From the NCBI GenBank assembly GCA_002450755.1, contig DKAI01000192.1:1-37909 (forward strand): a stretch of DNA of 37,909 nt. The letters are read 5' to 3'. A program made the translations under genes and the position numbers. Positions 1-9,323 of this stretch are shown one piece after another (position 1 is the stretch's first letter; every line of letters starts with the position of its first letter). This DNA is from Deltaproteobacteria bacterium UBA6930 (GTDB taxonomy: Bacteria > Myxococcota_A > UBA9160 > UBA6930). The notes under the pieces were generated by a model that saw only the letters and a program-made list of their open reading frames with translations, had not been told where the DNA came from and did no database searches.

Positions 1-17
1 GATGGAGGTGTACACCG

Positions 18-1757
18 ATGAGCAACCATACCTATGACGTCCAAATACGCGAAGGGACAATCGTCGATGGGACCCGCGTCCCTCGCTACAAAGGCGATGT
101 CTTTATTCGTGACGGGAAAATTGTCCAACTTGGAGGGCGCCCTCAGGGCTCGGCGAAACAGACAATTGATGCAGAAGGACATATCGTCGCCCCTGGCTTT
201 GTTGATCTTCATACCCACTACGACGCCCAAATCCGCTGGGACCCTTGGTGCACGATCTCCGGCTGGCATGGAGTCACATCTGTTGTGCTAGGGAATTGTG
301 GGTTTGGCTTTGCGCCGGTTAAAAAAGATTTCCGAGAACGTTCTATGCTGACGATGACTCGTACCGAAGCTATTCCACTCGAATCGATGAAGGCGGGAAT
401 GGAATGGGATTGGGAGACCATCCCCGAGTATCTCGATTCCCTCGATCGCGCCCCCAAAGGTGTCAACTGCCTTCAGTACATGCCTACGGCATCCTTGATG
501 GTCTATGTGATGGGACTCGAGGAAGCCAAAACAAGATCCGCTACTGAGGCCGAGCAAAAAGAGATGAAGCGCCTTTTACATCAGGGAATGGATGCAGGGC
601 TTTGCGGCTTCTCGATCCAAAGATTAGGCGAACACTCAACGCAGGCAGACTATGATGGTTCTCCAATGGTAACGGATACCATGTGCGACCAAGACATTCT
701 GGCCCTTGCCGAAGTACTGGCAGAACGTGACGAGGGATTCATCCAAATAACTCAATTCACTGGGAATATGAAAGAAGATCTGAAGTTCCAGGAGAAACTA
801 GCTGCTGTTAGTGGTCGGCCGGTCCTACACAATGTCGTTCCGGTCAGTCCGAAGGTAGCTCGCATCCATGAGAAGAGAATTGCATGGCTCGAAAGCAACC
901 AACGCGAAGGTAGACGAATTTTTGGACAGGGTGGCACCATTCGAACTGGTTTCGCTTTTACTCTGGCAGATTGGAATCTTTATGATCACAGTCCTGCTTG
1001 GGCCGAAGCCACAACAGGATCTGTAGCAGAGAGGATGAAGAAACTTCGAGACCCTGGCCTTCGCGAGCGAATACGAGAAGAAACTGAAGGTGCTGCGTCT
1101 CGATTCCAAGAAGTTCAAGGAGGAGTCGGCGGTCCTATTCGGAAACTTTTGGTACAAGATGTTGGCGAGCGACCCGAGCTTGAACACTACGTAGGAAAAT
1201 CTCTCGAACAAATTGCTCAAGAGCAAGACAAATCGGTCGTCGACGCTCTTATAGACGTTTCCCTAGAAGGCGAACTCGCAGTGGAATTCTTGGGACCCAA
1301 CCGAGGCTTTAATGCCGACCACATGGCGGACATGATCCTTTCTTCGCCCTACACGTTTCCAGGAGTTTCAGATGGTGGCGCCCACACAAAATTCTTTAAC
1401 GGTGGTTCGTTCACTACCGACTTTTTGATGTGGCTTGTTCGGGATGAAGAAAAGATCAGTCTTGAGGAGGCTCATTATCGTTTAAGCTGCTTGCCAGCGC
1501 ACGCGGCAGGTTTTCAAGACAGAGGTGTTTTAAGAGAAGGAGCCCCCGCGGATGTTGTCGTTTACGATCTCGACGCACTCGACGTAGATCCGAGCTGGGT
1601 CGGCGAGGTTGCCCACGATTTCCCGGGCGGAGGATGGCGACGCGTACAAAGAAGTAAAGGCTACCGCGCCATACTCGTGAATGGAGAAGTTACTTTCGAA
1701 GAAGGAGAGTGCACAGGAAACACTCCCGGAAAACTTCTCCGGCACGGAAAGGCCTAA
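18..1757 (+). CDS. N-acyl-D-amino-acid deacylase family amidohydrolase (D-aminoacylase-like)
   Basis: 579 aa; N-terminal 'IREGTIVDGT...DVFIRDG', metal motif 'PGFVDLHTHYD', 'GNCG', 'SDGGAH', C-terminal 'DRGVLREGAPADVVVYD'; SD GGAGG at 4-8. Confidence 0.88.
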   Translation: MSNHTYDVQIREGTIVDGTRVPRYKGDVFIRDGKIVQLGGRPQGSAKQTIDAEGHIVAPGFVDLHTHYDAQIRWDPWCTISGWHGVTSVVLGNCGFGFAPVKKDFRERSMLTMTRTEAIPLESMKAGMEWDWETIPEYLDSLDRAPKGVNCLQYMPTASLMVYVMGLEEAKTRSATEAEQKEMKRLLHQGMDAGLCGFSIQRLGEHSTQADYDGSPMVTDTMCDQDILALAEVLAERDEGFIQITQFTGNMKEDLKFQEKLAAVSGRPVLHNVVPVSPKVARIHEKRIAWLESNQREGRRIFGQGGTIRTGFAFTLADWNLYDHSPAWAEATTGSVAERMKKLRDPGLRERIREETEGAASRFQEVQGGVGGPIRKLLVQDVGERPELEHYVGKSLEQIAQEQDKSVVDALIDVSLEGELAVEFLGPNRGFNADHMADMILSSPYTFPGVSDGGAHTKFFNGGSFTTDFLMWLVRDEEKISLEEAHYRLSCLPAHAAGFQDRGVLREGAPADVVVYDLDALDVDPSWVGEVAHDFPGGGWRRVQRSKGYRAILVNGEVTFEEGECTGNTPGKLLRHGKA

Positions 1758-1858
1758 ACAACGGCCAAGACGCAAGCAGACAAGGAAATCAAGAAGATCG
1801 ACGGCTATCGCCCTTGCGTACTTGTCTCTGAGAACCCCTAGCAATCAAGTTTGAATTA

Positions 1859-2710
1859 TTAAGGACGATTTAGAGCATCATCTCCCAAGCTCACTGCCAA
1901 CGATGTGTTCAGATTCGGTTGTACACAACCAGAGTGCGTTTTACCCCGGACCAGAGTCATGCCGAGCTCATCTATCGTTGCATCCGGTTGCAAAGTGCAT
2001 TGCGCACTACATGCATGTAGTGTCAGAACCCTTCTCATTTTCTCACTGAAGTTACTTCTGGTGGTATGCATCAAACGTGAATGAAAAAAAACTGCACTCC
2101 CTGCCCGAACCTTAAGGGCAACTGTTTCGGGACTAGAACGAGCATTCTCCACCTCATATGCAAATGCATTGGTCAGAGTCCCTGGCATTTCATGTTCCCT
2201 TAGAGATCCTTTATGGGAACCGGGTATAACTTGGAGCCCACCATTATCTTCATCGGTGTCATCCAGTGGCACCCAAACTCCAAGGATATTGTCATGAGGT
2301 CCGAAAGGAAAGTAATAAGCGTCCTGGTGTAATGGATGAACGCTTTCGATTTTTCTAGGTTTATAAATCACCATTAAAAGAAAGCAAATCAAATCAGGTC
2401 CCAAAAGAAGTTCCAGCACATCGAGTATCTTCGGTGTGTAAAGAAAGTCCCTGAAAGTTATGTCGAATCTATCAGGATTCAAGATTTTCCACATTTCATC
2501 TTCGGGGTCGTCCGGGGTTGGCACAAGCCCTTTCGCCACGCGAATATCACGCATGAGTCGCCCCTTGGCCTCGTCAGGGTATTCCCCTCGAACAACGGCG
2601 CTTGTTCTTGTTTTATAAAGGTCGATCTCATCGGACTTAAGCACGTCGGGAACGACTATAAAGCCTTTTTCTTCATAGTCGTTTTTAAGAGAGCCGTTCT
2701 TCAATTGCAT
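1859..2710 (-). CDS. Phytanoyl-CoA dioxygenase (PhyH) family 2OG-Fe(II) oxygenase
   Basis: 'YEEKGFIVVPDVL', HxD 'LHQDAYY', 'WVPLDDTDEDNGGLQVIPGSH', distal His 'HSRLMH...N.S..MRR'. Confidence 0.9.
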   Translation of the reverse strand: MQLKNGSLKNDYEEKGFIVVPDVLKSDEIDLYKTRTSAVVRGEYPDEAKGRLMRDIRVAKGLVPTPDDPEDEMWKILNPDRFDITFRDFLYTPKILDVLELLLGPDLICFLLMVIYKPRKIESVHPLHQDAYYFPFGPHDNILGVWVPLDDTDEDNGGLQVIPGSHKGSLREHEMPGTLTNAFAYEVENARSSPETVALKVRAGSAVFFHSRLMHTTRSNFSEKMRRVLTLHACSAQCTLQPDATIDELGMTLVRGKTHSGCVQPNLNTSLAVSLGDDALNRP

Positions 2711-2719
2711 CTACAAATC

Positions 2720-3328
2720 CTAGCGAGCTTCCGACTTTAATCCGAGACCAAACTCAGTGAGTCGCTCTTCCAACAGTGGAATCCGATCGTGTCCCCAAAA
2801 TCTCTCCCCTTCAAATACAAATATTGGAACGCCAAAAATCTGATCGTCATGGGCCTCCTCCATCCCCGCTCTAAACTGCCGTTCGCCCTCTCCATCGTTT
2901 AAAAATCGCTCGAAGTCTCGCTCGTTCCCACCGAGCTCTCGAATTAGAGAAGAAACCTCTTCCCCTGAATCAAGTTCAAGCCGGTGGTCAAAAAAGCGCT
3001 TGAAGCTCTCGCGCGTATATTCCTTAAAAAAATCGAATTCCTGGGAGAAATATGCCCCTATTAGCGAAGGCGTACTGTCGTAGATTTTTCTGGGACCTCT
3101 TATAGCGAAACCTCCCCTTCTATTCGCCCAACGGCGAGCATCCTGGTAAGAATATTGAACTTTCCATTCCGAGTAGACGCTCCTCTCTCCTTTACCCTTA
3201 ATTCTGAGCTGAAAGGGAATCCAGCGAATTTTGACCGAAAATCGGCTAGAGAGCTCAAAAGCGGGCTCAGCGGCTAAAAAGGCAAACGGGCTCTTGTAAT
3301 CAAAATACAATTTCACTTCTTGGGGCAC
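2720..3328 (-). CDS. 2-hydroxychromene-2-carboxylate isomerase / DsbA-like (kappa-GST) family protein
   Basis: 'LYFDYKSPFAFLA' and C-terminal 'IFGVPIFVFEGERFWGHDR'; GTG start with AAGGAG upstream. Confidence 0.85.
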   Translation of the reverse strand: MPQEVKLYFDYKSPFAFLAAEPAFELSSRFSVKIRWIPFQLRIKGKGERSVYSEWKVQYSYQDARRWANRRGGFAIRGPRKIYDSTPSLIGAYFSQEFDFFKEYTRESFKRFFDHRLELDSGEEVSSLIRELGGNERDFERFLNDGEGERQFRAGMEEAHDDQIFGVPIFVFEGERFWGHDRIPLLEERLTEFGLGLKSEAR

Positions 3329-3367
3329 GAAAGTTCACTCCTTAGGGACGTCATGACCAACAGAGCG

Positions 3368-3390
3368 TATAATATGATCTTCGAAGGAGA
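3368..3390 (+). promoter_or_regulatory. Putative sigma70 -10 box (TATAAT 3368-3373) and SD (AAGGAG 3384-3389) of the AOR gene
   Basis: Consensus hexamer 21 nt before ATG 3395 in a divergent intergenic region; no clear -35. Confidence 0.5.
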
Positions 3391-3394
3391 CACT

Positions 3395-5209
3395 ATGGAA
3401 CTAGCGAAATTTGGTAGTCAAATTTGTCATGTGGACCTTTCCCAGGAGACCGTAGAAAGCAAGGCGGCCCCTGAAGAATGGGTCCGACAGTATATTGGTG
3501 GGCGAGGCCTCGGTGTTCGTTACGTTCTTGAAGCCGGTGCCTCGGTAGATCCTCTAGGACCGGAAAATCCTCTTTGCTTTATTAATGGTCCCTTAAGTGG
3601 TTCCGAACTCAACATGAGCGGACGTTGGGCTTGTGTAACGAAATCCCCTTTAACCGGAACGGTTACCGACAGCCACCAAGGGGGATGGACAGCCGCGAGA
3701 GCACGTTGGGCTGGATTCGATGGCATCATCTTCTCTGGAAAGGCAAACCGCCCGGTTTACGCCTTTCTCGAAGATGGAGAAGTTTCGATTCGAGATGCCT
3801 CAGAAGTCTGGGGCAAGGACGTGCACGAGACCGTTCAGTTCTTTCGTGACCGCTACGGCGAAAAGAATCTGTCTGTCTGCACAATCGGACGAGCAGGAGA
3901 AAGTCTTTCGAGGTTTGCAGCTTGGGTAAATGAGGATGACCGTGCTTTTGGACGAGGTGGCACGGGCGCTGTCGGCGGTAGCAAGAACCTTAAGGCTATT
4001 GTCATAAGGGCCAAGAGAAAGAAATCATCGGCAGGTCGTCAGACCGACTACGACGTAGTCAGAAAGGATGCCTTGTCCGCCATCCGGGACGAAGCACATA
4101 TAACAAGCCCCAAAAAAGGTGGCCTTTCAGTTTATGGGACCAATGTGCTCATGAATGTGACTAATACAATCGGGGCCCTTGGGACAAAGAACAGTCAGCT
4201 GACTTCTTTCGGTGAAAAGGCAGAAGGAATAAGCGGTGAATTCGTTACGGACAATCTTTTGACAGGCAACCCGACATGCCACGCATGTCCCGTAGCCTGC
4301 AAAAAGGAAGTCGAAATCAAAGAAGGGGCCTACAAGGGTCTGAAAATGGAGAGCATCGAGTATGAATCTTCCTGGGCGCTAGGGGCAAATTGCGACAACG
4401 GCGACATCGGCTCGATAGCGAAACTCATAGATCAATGTAACGACTACGGGCTCGACCCAATTGAACTCGGTGGAGTTTTCTCTGCATACATGGAAGCCTC
4501 AGAAAAGGGCTACGTTGAAGGCCCAGGGCTTAACTGGGGAGACCAAGAAGCAATGGTTGCGTTGACTGAAAAAATAGCAAGTCGGGACGGTATCGGGGAT
4601 ATCCTTGCCGAGGGTGCTACAAGAACCGCCGCACATTTTGGTCATGCGGAACTCGCTATGGCAGTGAAGGGACAAGCTATTCCTGCTTACGACCCACGAG
4701 GGATAAAAGGCATGGGACTTGGCTACGCAACGAGCAATCGCGGTGCATGTCATCTAAGAGGATACACGGCTGCCGCGGAACTTGGAGTTTTGGACATGGG
4801 ACTAGATCCAGTGGAGTGGAGGGGAAAAGGCGATCTTTTGAAAACCTTCCAGGATTTGGCGGCTTTCGCCGATAGCTTAGACCTATGTAAGTTCAGTTCG
4901 TTTGCCGAAGATGCCGACCTTTACGCAAGACAGTATGCCGCTGCAGTCGGCGTCGACTTCACCATGGAAGACGTCATGATTGCAGGAGAAAGAGTGTATA
5001 ACCTGGAACGGCACTACAACAACCTCGCCGGGTTCCGCGAAGGTTCCGACACTCTACCAAAACGATTTACCGAAGAGCCTTCGACCTTTGGAGGGTCGGA
5101 GGGACATGTTTCGGAGCTCTCCGACATGTTGACTGAATATTACAAGGCCAGAGGATGGAACGAAGGAGTTGTCCCCGATTCGAAACTCGAATCGCTAGGG
5201 ATCATCTAA
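3395..5209 (+). CDS. aor: Aldehyde:ferredoxin oxidoreductase (tungsten-pterin AOR/WOR family)
   Basis: 'IGGRGLG', 'SGRWACVTKSPLTG', 'GRGGTGAVGGSKNLKA', 4Fe-4S ligands 'CHACPVAC' plus 'DLCKF', 'EYES', 'NRGACH'; start moved from 3320 to ATG 3395 (SD AAGGAG, removes overlap with the divergent gene). Confidence 0.92.
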   Translation: MELAKFGSQICHVDLSQETVESKAAPEEWVRQYIGGRGLGVRYVLEAGASVDPLGPENPLCFINGPLSGSELNMSGRWACVTKSPLTGTVTDSHQGGWTAARARWAGFDGIIFSGKANRPVYAFLEDGEVSIRDASEVWGKDVHETVQFFRDRYGEKNLSVCTIGRAGESLSRFAAWVNEDDRAFGRGGTGAVGGSKNLKAIVIRAKRKKSSAGRQTDYDVVRKDALSAIRDEAHITSPKKGGLSVYGTNVLMNVTNTIGALGTKNSQLTSFGEKAEGISGEFVTDNLLTGNPTCHACPVACKKEVEIKEGAYKGLKMESIEYESSWALGANCDNGDIGSIAKLIDQCNDYGLDPIELGGVFSAYMEASEKGYVEGPGLNWGDQEAMVALTEKIASRDGIGDILAEGATRTAAHFGHAELAMAVKGQAIPAYDPRGIKGMGLGYATSNRGACHLRGYTAAAELGVLDMGLDPVEWRGKGDLLKTFQDLAAFADSLDLCKFSSFAEDADLYARQYAAAVGVDFTMEDVMIAGERVYNLERHYNNLAGFREGSDTLPKRFTEEPSTFGGSEGHVSELSDMLTEYYKARGWNEGVVPDSKLESLGII

Positions 5210-5493
5210 GAACCGCTTCCGCCCGCCACTGCAGGAAAAAAGTCGAGGGTCTCTGAACCATCCACCGTTGTATTCAAACCCAATGGAAGAAGGACGGCAC
5301 TCCGACCGTTTATAAACATGTGAACAAAGCGCGAGAGATTCCTGTCTTCGTCCAACATTAAAGGGATTAGTACCGGATACGACTCCAAGAGGACATCCAG
5401 TACAGTTTGCGCCGAGCAACCTTTCGGCACCTCTAAATGGATCGTTTTTTGCCCTACTGCATGTCGAAGAGTGGCAAAAAGGTTTACTCGCAA
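5206..5493 (-). CDS. MoaD/ThiS family ubiquitin-like sulfur carrier with a 3-residue C-terminal extension
   Basis: 'MRVNLFATLR', 'MFINGR', 'FFPAVAGG' followed by SGS; TTG start with GAGG SD; stop overlaps the AOR stop by 4 nt. Confidence 0.85.
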   Translation of the reverse strand: MRVNLFATLRHAVGQKTIHLEVPKGCSAQTVLDVLLESYPVLIPLMLDEDRNLSRFVHMFINGRSAVLLPLGLNTTVDGSETLDFFPAVAGGSGS

Positions 5494-5513
5494 CTCGTTA
5501 CCTCAGGATACTG

Positions 5514-6395
5514 TCAAGATAGTGGCACGATCAGAGTCTCGGCTGTTTTCTCCAGATACTGTTTAAATTCCTCGGCGCTTGCAGCAAATTTACCGACAAT
5601 GATTTGATCGATACCCAGATCAGCATATTGCTTAGCTTCATCGAGAGTTATTTCCTCGCCACCGAGGTTCTTAGATACCGCGTAATGCACGTTCGAGGCA
5701 TCCCTCCCGGCTCCCTCGGCAAACCGCTTAATTGTTGCAACGTGTTGTTTGGCGCCTTCGATGCTCACGTTAATTCCCCACCAACCATCTCCTAGCTCGC
5801 CAACTCGGCGAAGAGCAGGCTCACTCTCTCCGCCAAAAAAAATCGGAGGGTGTGGTTGCTGAGTCGGCTTCGGATAGGAACGTACTTTCGAAAATTCACA
5901 AAAGTCACCCTTGTGTGAACTGGCACCGGGGCTCCAGGCGGCTTGCATGGCCTCTAAGTAGTCAGCCGTCCGCTGTGCTCTTTTGGACCACGGCACACCT
6001 ATTGCTTCAAACTCTTCCTTAAGCCAGCCAATGCCAACTCCGAAATCAAAACGACCACCCGAAAGTCTGTCTAAACTCGCCACCTCTTTTGCAGTCACCA
6101 AGGGATTACGCTCGGGCACAAGACAAATCCCGGTGCCCAGTCGAATTGTGTTTGTTTCCGCCGCAGCGTAGGTCAAAGCTAGAAATGGATCGAGAAAATC
6201 CATTTCTTCAGGAGCGAATCCCATCTTCCCGTCTGGATTGTAAGGATACTTAGATGAATATTCATCGAGAAGAACTATGTGCTCGGGCGACCAGAGCGAA
6301 TGAAATCCACATTCCTCACTTGTTTTCGCTACGAGAGATATAATCTCGGGGTAAGCAGCAAGACCTGGGCCAATAAATCCAAAACCGAACTTCAT
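5514..6395 (-). CDS. LLM-class (probably F420-dependent) oxidoreductase, Rv2161c-like
   Basis: 'GFHSLWSPEH', 'DPFLALTYAAAET.TIRLGTGI', 'DRLSGGRFDFGVGIGW..EEF', 'PKPTQQPHPPIFFGG'. Confidence 0.88.
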   Translation of the reverse strand: MKFGFGFIGPGLAAYPEIISLVAKTSEECGFHSLWSPEHIVLLDEYSSKYPYNPDGKMGFAPEEMDFLDPFLALTYAAAETNTIRLGTGICLVPERNPLVTAKEVASLDRLSGGRFDFGVGIGWLKEEFEAIGVPWSKRAQRTADYLEAMQAAWSPGASSHKGDFCEFSKVRSYPKPTQQPHPPIFFGGESEPALRRVGELGDGWWGINVSIEGAKQHVATIKRFAEGAGRDASNVHYAVSKNLGGEEITLDEAKQYADLGIDQIIVGKFAASAEEFKQYLEKTAETLIVPLS

Positions 6396-6417
6396 CTTCT
6401 TTTCCTTTCGGGGCTAA

Positions 6418-8151
6418 CTAGCCTTTGTAAGCCTGTGGCCCTCGGATTAAACCTCCAGGAAGGGCTCCCGTAGGCTCTCCATTTTCATAAGTTTGTATCC
6501 CATTTTTAAATGTCGCCTTATAGCCATCAACACGCTGTAGTAAGCGACGACCATTTGCAGGTAAATCGTGGACAGCCTCAGGAGCATGAAGCGTAAGCCC
6601 CTCAAGATCAATGATATTAAGGTCTGCTCGATATCCCGGTGCCAATACTCCGCGATCATGTAGGCCGTAAGCTGTGGCCGTGCTCTGTGTCTGCAAGTGA
6701 ACAGCTCTTTCAAGTGGAAGTCGCGGACCACATTCCCGATCTCTTACCCAATAACTGAGCATGTAAGAGGGGGAACTCGCATCACAAATAACGCCACAGT
6801 GTGCGCCACCATCAGAGAGGCTAAGAAGAGCCTGTGGGTGTTGCATCATTTCCCGAATAGGCTCGAAACTTGCGTCGGAGTAATTGATTATCGGGTAGTA
6901 GATAAACTCTCCTCCTTCCCTCTCAAGCATGCAATCCAACAACACTTCCTGCGCCTGCTTTCCTGTACGCTCGGCAATAGCTGCAACACTTTCTGCGTTA
7001 TCTGGCTCGTAGTTGGGAGGGTCGCCCAGCGGATACATATTTCCAAAATGGTGAACAAAGAAACGATCGAACTTGCCTGTCAAATCCGTGCCTTCGGCTA
7101 TTAACTTATCTCTAATCTCCGGGCGTTTTAACTCCCTCACTCTCTCAGAAAGCGGAAGATCCGACAGCATTTTGTATGTTGGATGACCCATAAATGGGTG
7201 CATGCTTGCATCGAAGTTCAAAAGCATACCTGCAGGACGATTGGCAACCTGTAACCGAAGGTTCGCTCCTTCGGCAACTGCTTCTTCCGTCCATTTGAGA
7301 ATGTTCCTCCACTCATCTGGCTCTCGATCGGATTGAGCGCAAGTAAAGCTTACTGGCAAGCCGGTTTCCTTGGAGAGATCTCGCATCCAGTGAATATCAT
7401 CCTTGAATCGACCTAATGCCCCGCCTATTCCAAAGTCAGTAGCGATCTCAAACACACCATGACCTACCCTCCCACAAGCTCTTCCAATTGCCATTAGCTC
7501 CTCGTGGCCAGCAAAAGTTCCGGGGACAGGAGTCCCATCATTTGCTCTGTGAAACATAGTGCGAGACGAACTAAATCCGAGCGCACCGGCTCGAAGCCCG
7601 TCCTCTACAATTTTAGACATCGCAGCGAGGTCCTCATTGGTGGGTTCCTCATTAGCAGCCCCCCGTTCTTTCATAACGTAAGCTCGCACAGCGCTGTGGG
7701 GGACCTGCGTTCCGAAATCCAGTGCTCTCGGAAGCTTCGCCAAGGCATCTAAGTATTCGGGAAAGCTCTCCCATGCCCACTGGATACCTTCCGATAAGGC
7801 ACTTCCTGGGATGTCCTCAACCGACTCCATAATGCCGATAAGCCACTCTCTGCGATCTGGAGCGGCTGGGGCGAAGCCCACACCACAGTTGCCCATGACT
7901 ACTGAAGTAACCCCGTGCCAACCAGTAGGAGCTAGGAAGGGATCCCAAGTCACCTGACCATCGTAATGGGTGTGCACGTCGACAAATCCTGGCGTAACTA
8001 TGAGGCCATCGGCATCGATCTCTTCTCTTGCTAAACCCGCCTTGCCCTCCGATGAAACGACAAGACCTTCATCAACAGCCACATCAGCGGTCCGAGTGCG
8101 GTGGCCCGTCCCATCTACCACGGTTCCACCACGTACTACCAAATCATGCAT
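6418..8151 (-). CDS. N-acyl-D-amino-acid deacylase family amidohydrolase (second paralogue)
   Basis: 'HDLVVRGGTVVDGTG', 'PGFVDVHTHYDGQVTWDP', 'GNCGVGFAP', 'SDGGAHC'; start moved to ATG 8151 (GGAGG SD). Confidence 0.88.
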   Translation of the reverse strand: MHDLVVRGGTVVDGTGHRTRTADVAVDEGLVVSSEGKAGLAREEIDADGLIVTPGFVDVHTHYDGQVTWDPFLAPTGWHGVTSVVMGNCGVGFAPAAPDRREWLIGIMESVEDIPGSALSEGIQWAWESFPEYLDALAKLPRALDFGTQVPHSAVRAYVMKERGAANEEPTNEDLAAMSKIVEDGLRAGALGFSSSRTMFHRANDGTPVPGTFAGHEELMAIGRACGRVGHGVFEIATDFGIGGALGRFKDDIHWMRDLSKETGLPVSFTCAQSDREPDEWRNILKWTEEAVAEGANLRLQVANRPAGMLLNFDASMHPFMGHPTYKMLSDLPLSERVRELKRPEIRDKLIAEGTDLTGKFDRFFVHHFGNMYPLGDPPNYEPDNAESVAAIAERTGKQAQEVLLDCMLEREGGEFIYYPIINYSDASFEPIREMMQHPQALLSLSDGGAHCGVICDASSPSYMLSYWVRDRECGPRLPLERAVHLQTQSTATAYGLHDRGVLAPGYRADLNIIDLEGLTLHAPEAVHDLPANGRRLLQRVDGYKATFKNGIQTYENGEPTGALPGGLIRGPQAYKG

Positions 8152-8254
8152 ATGAGCCCTCCAGAGGATTCTCGGTAACGATAGCGCATACGCTCCCGTG
8201 AAAACCTCATTTACAAGCTCGATTTTGAACATCAAAAGGTGGTAAAAGAAGGCT

Positions 8255-9268
8255 ATGGACGCCTCACCTAAAATCTTCGAAGCTGGAGACCTGCGACTTC
8301 AATGCGGCGTCGTATTGGAAGACGCAAAACTAGCCTATCAAACTTATGGAACTCTGAATAAAAGTGGAAACAATGCGATCGTACACCCCACCTGGTATGG
8401 TGGCCGTCATTCCGATGTTGAATGGTTAATCGGTCCGGGGCGTCCGCTAGACACCAATCGTTTTTTCATTGTAGTGCCGAATCTATTCGGAAACGGTTTA
8501 TCTACTTCCCCGAGCAACATGCCGAAGAAGCGAGCATCGGAAAAATTTCCTCGGATCAGCCTCTATGACAACGTGGTTTGTCAGCACAAATTAATAACGG
8601 AAGTGCTGAACGTAAAACACATCCGATTGGTAATGGGCTGGTCCATGGCGGCGATGCAGACCTTTCAGTGGGGTTGCCTATTTCCGAACCTGATCGATAA
8701 CCTTGCGCCCAGTTGTGGAGCCGCCCGTTGCTCACCGCACAACTCTGCCATGTTGGACGGCTTGCGTGCCGCATTGACGGCCGATAGCGCGTTCGATGGA
8801 AACCTTTTCAAGACTTCTCCAACCAGAGGAGTTCAAGCAATGGCAAAAGTTTACGCGAGCTGGGGAACGGGTCAGGCTTTCTTTCAAGAAGAAGCTTACA
8901 AAGACATAGGGTTCGCTTCCGCAGAAGATTATGTTGTAGGTTTCTGGGAGAATTTTCTCAAAAGCCATCACCCTAACGATTTGCTCAGTATGATTGACAC
9001 CTGGAATCATGGCGATATCAGTGCAAACCCAAAATTCCGTAACAACTTTGAAGGAGCACTTAAGGCGATTAGCGCAAGAACTGTGGTCTTGTCCGCTAAA
9101 ACAGATTTGTATTTTCCTCCTGAAGATTCCGAATACGAAGTTACCCATATTCCGAACTCGGAAATACGCTTATTCCATTCAAATTTCGGTCACTTAGCCG
9201 CCGGGTGGCTAAACCCTACGGATGTAGAACTGCACGAACGCACTATCCGAGAACTGCTCGAGTTATAA
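8255..9268 (+). CDS. Homoserine O-acetyltransferase (MetX/CefG)-like alpha/beta-hydrolase-fold enzyme
   Basis: 'LAYQTYGTLN...NAIV', 'LIGPGRPLDT.RFFIV', nucleophile 'GWSMAA', Asp 'TDLYFPP', His 'FGHLA'; substrate uncertain. Confidence 0.8.
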   Translation: MDASPKIFEAGDLRLQCGVVLEDAKLAYQTYGTLNKSGNNAIVHPTWYGGRHSDVEWLIGPGRPLDTNRFFIVVPNLFGNGLSTSPSNMPKKRASEKFPRISLYDNVVCQHKLITEVLNVKHIRLVMGWSMAAMQTFQWGCLFPNLIDNLAPSCGAARCSPHNSAMLDGLRAALTADSAFDGNLFKTSPTRGVQAMAKVYASWGTGQAFFQEEAYKDIGFASAEDYVVGFWENFLKSHHPNDLLSMIDTWNHGDISANPKFRNNFEGALKAISARTVVLSAKTDLYFPPEDSEYEVTHIPNSEIRLFHSNFGHLAAGWLNPTDVELHERTIRELLEL

Positions 9269-9323
9269 ATGAGAACGCGCTATCCTGCGATTCGAGTTCG
9301 AAACCATACTTAGGGGACAGACT

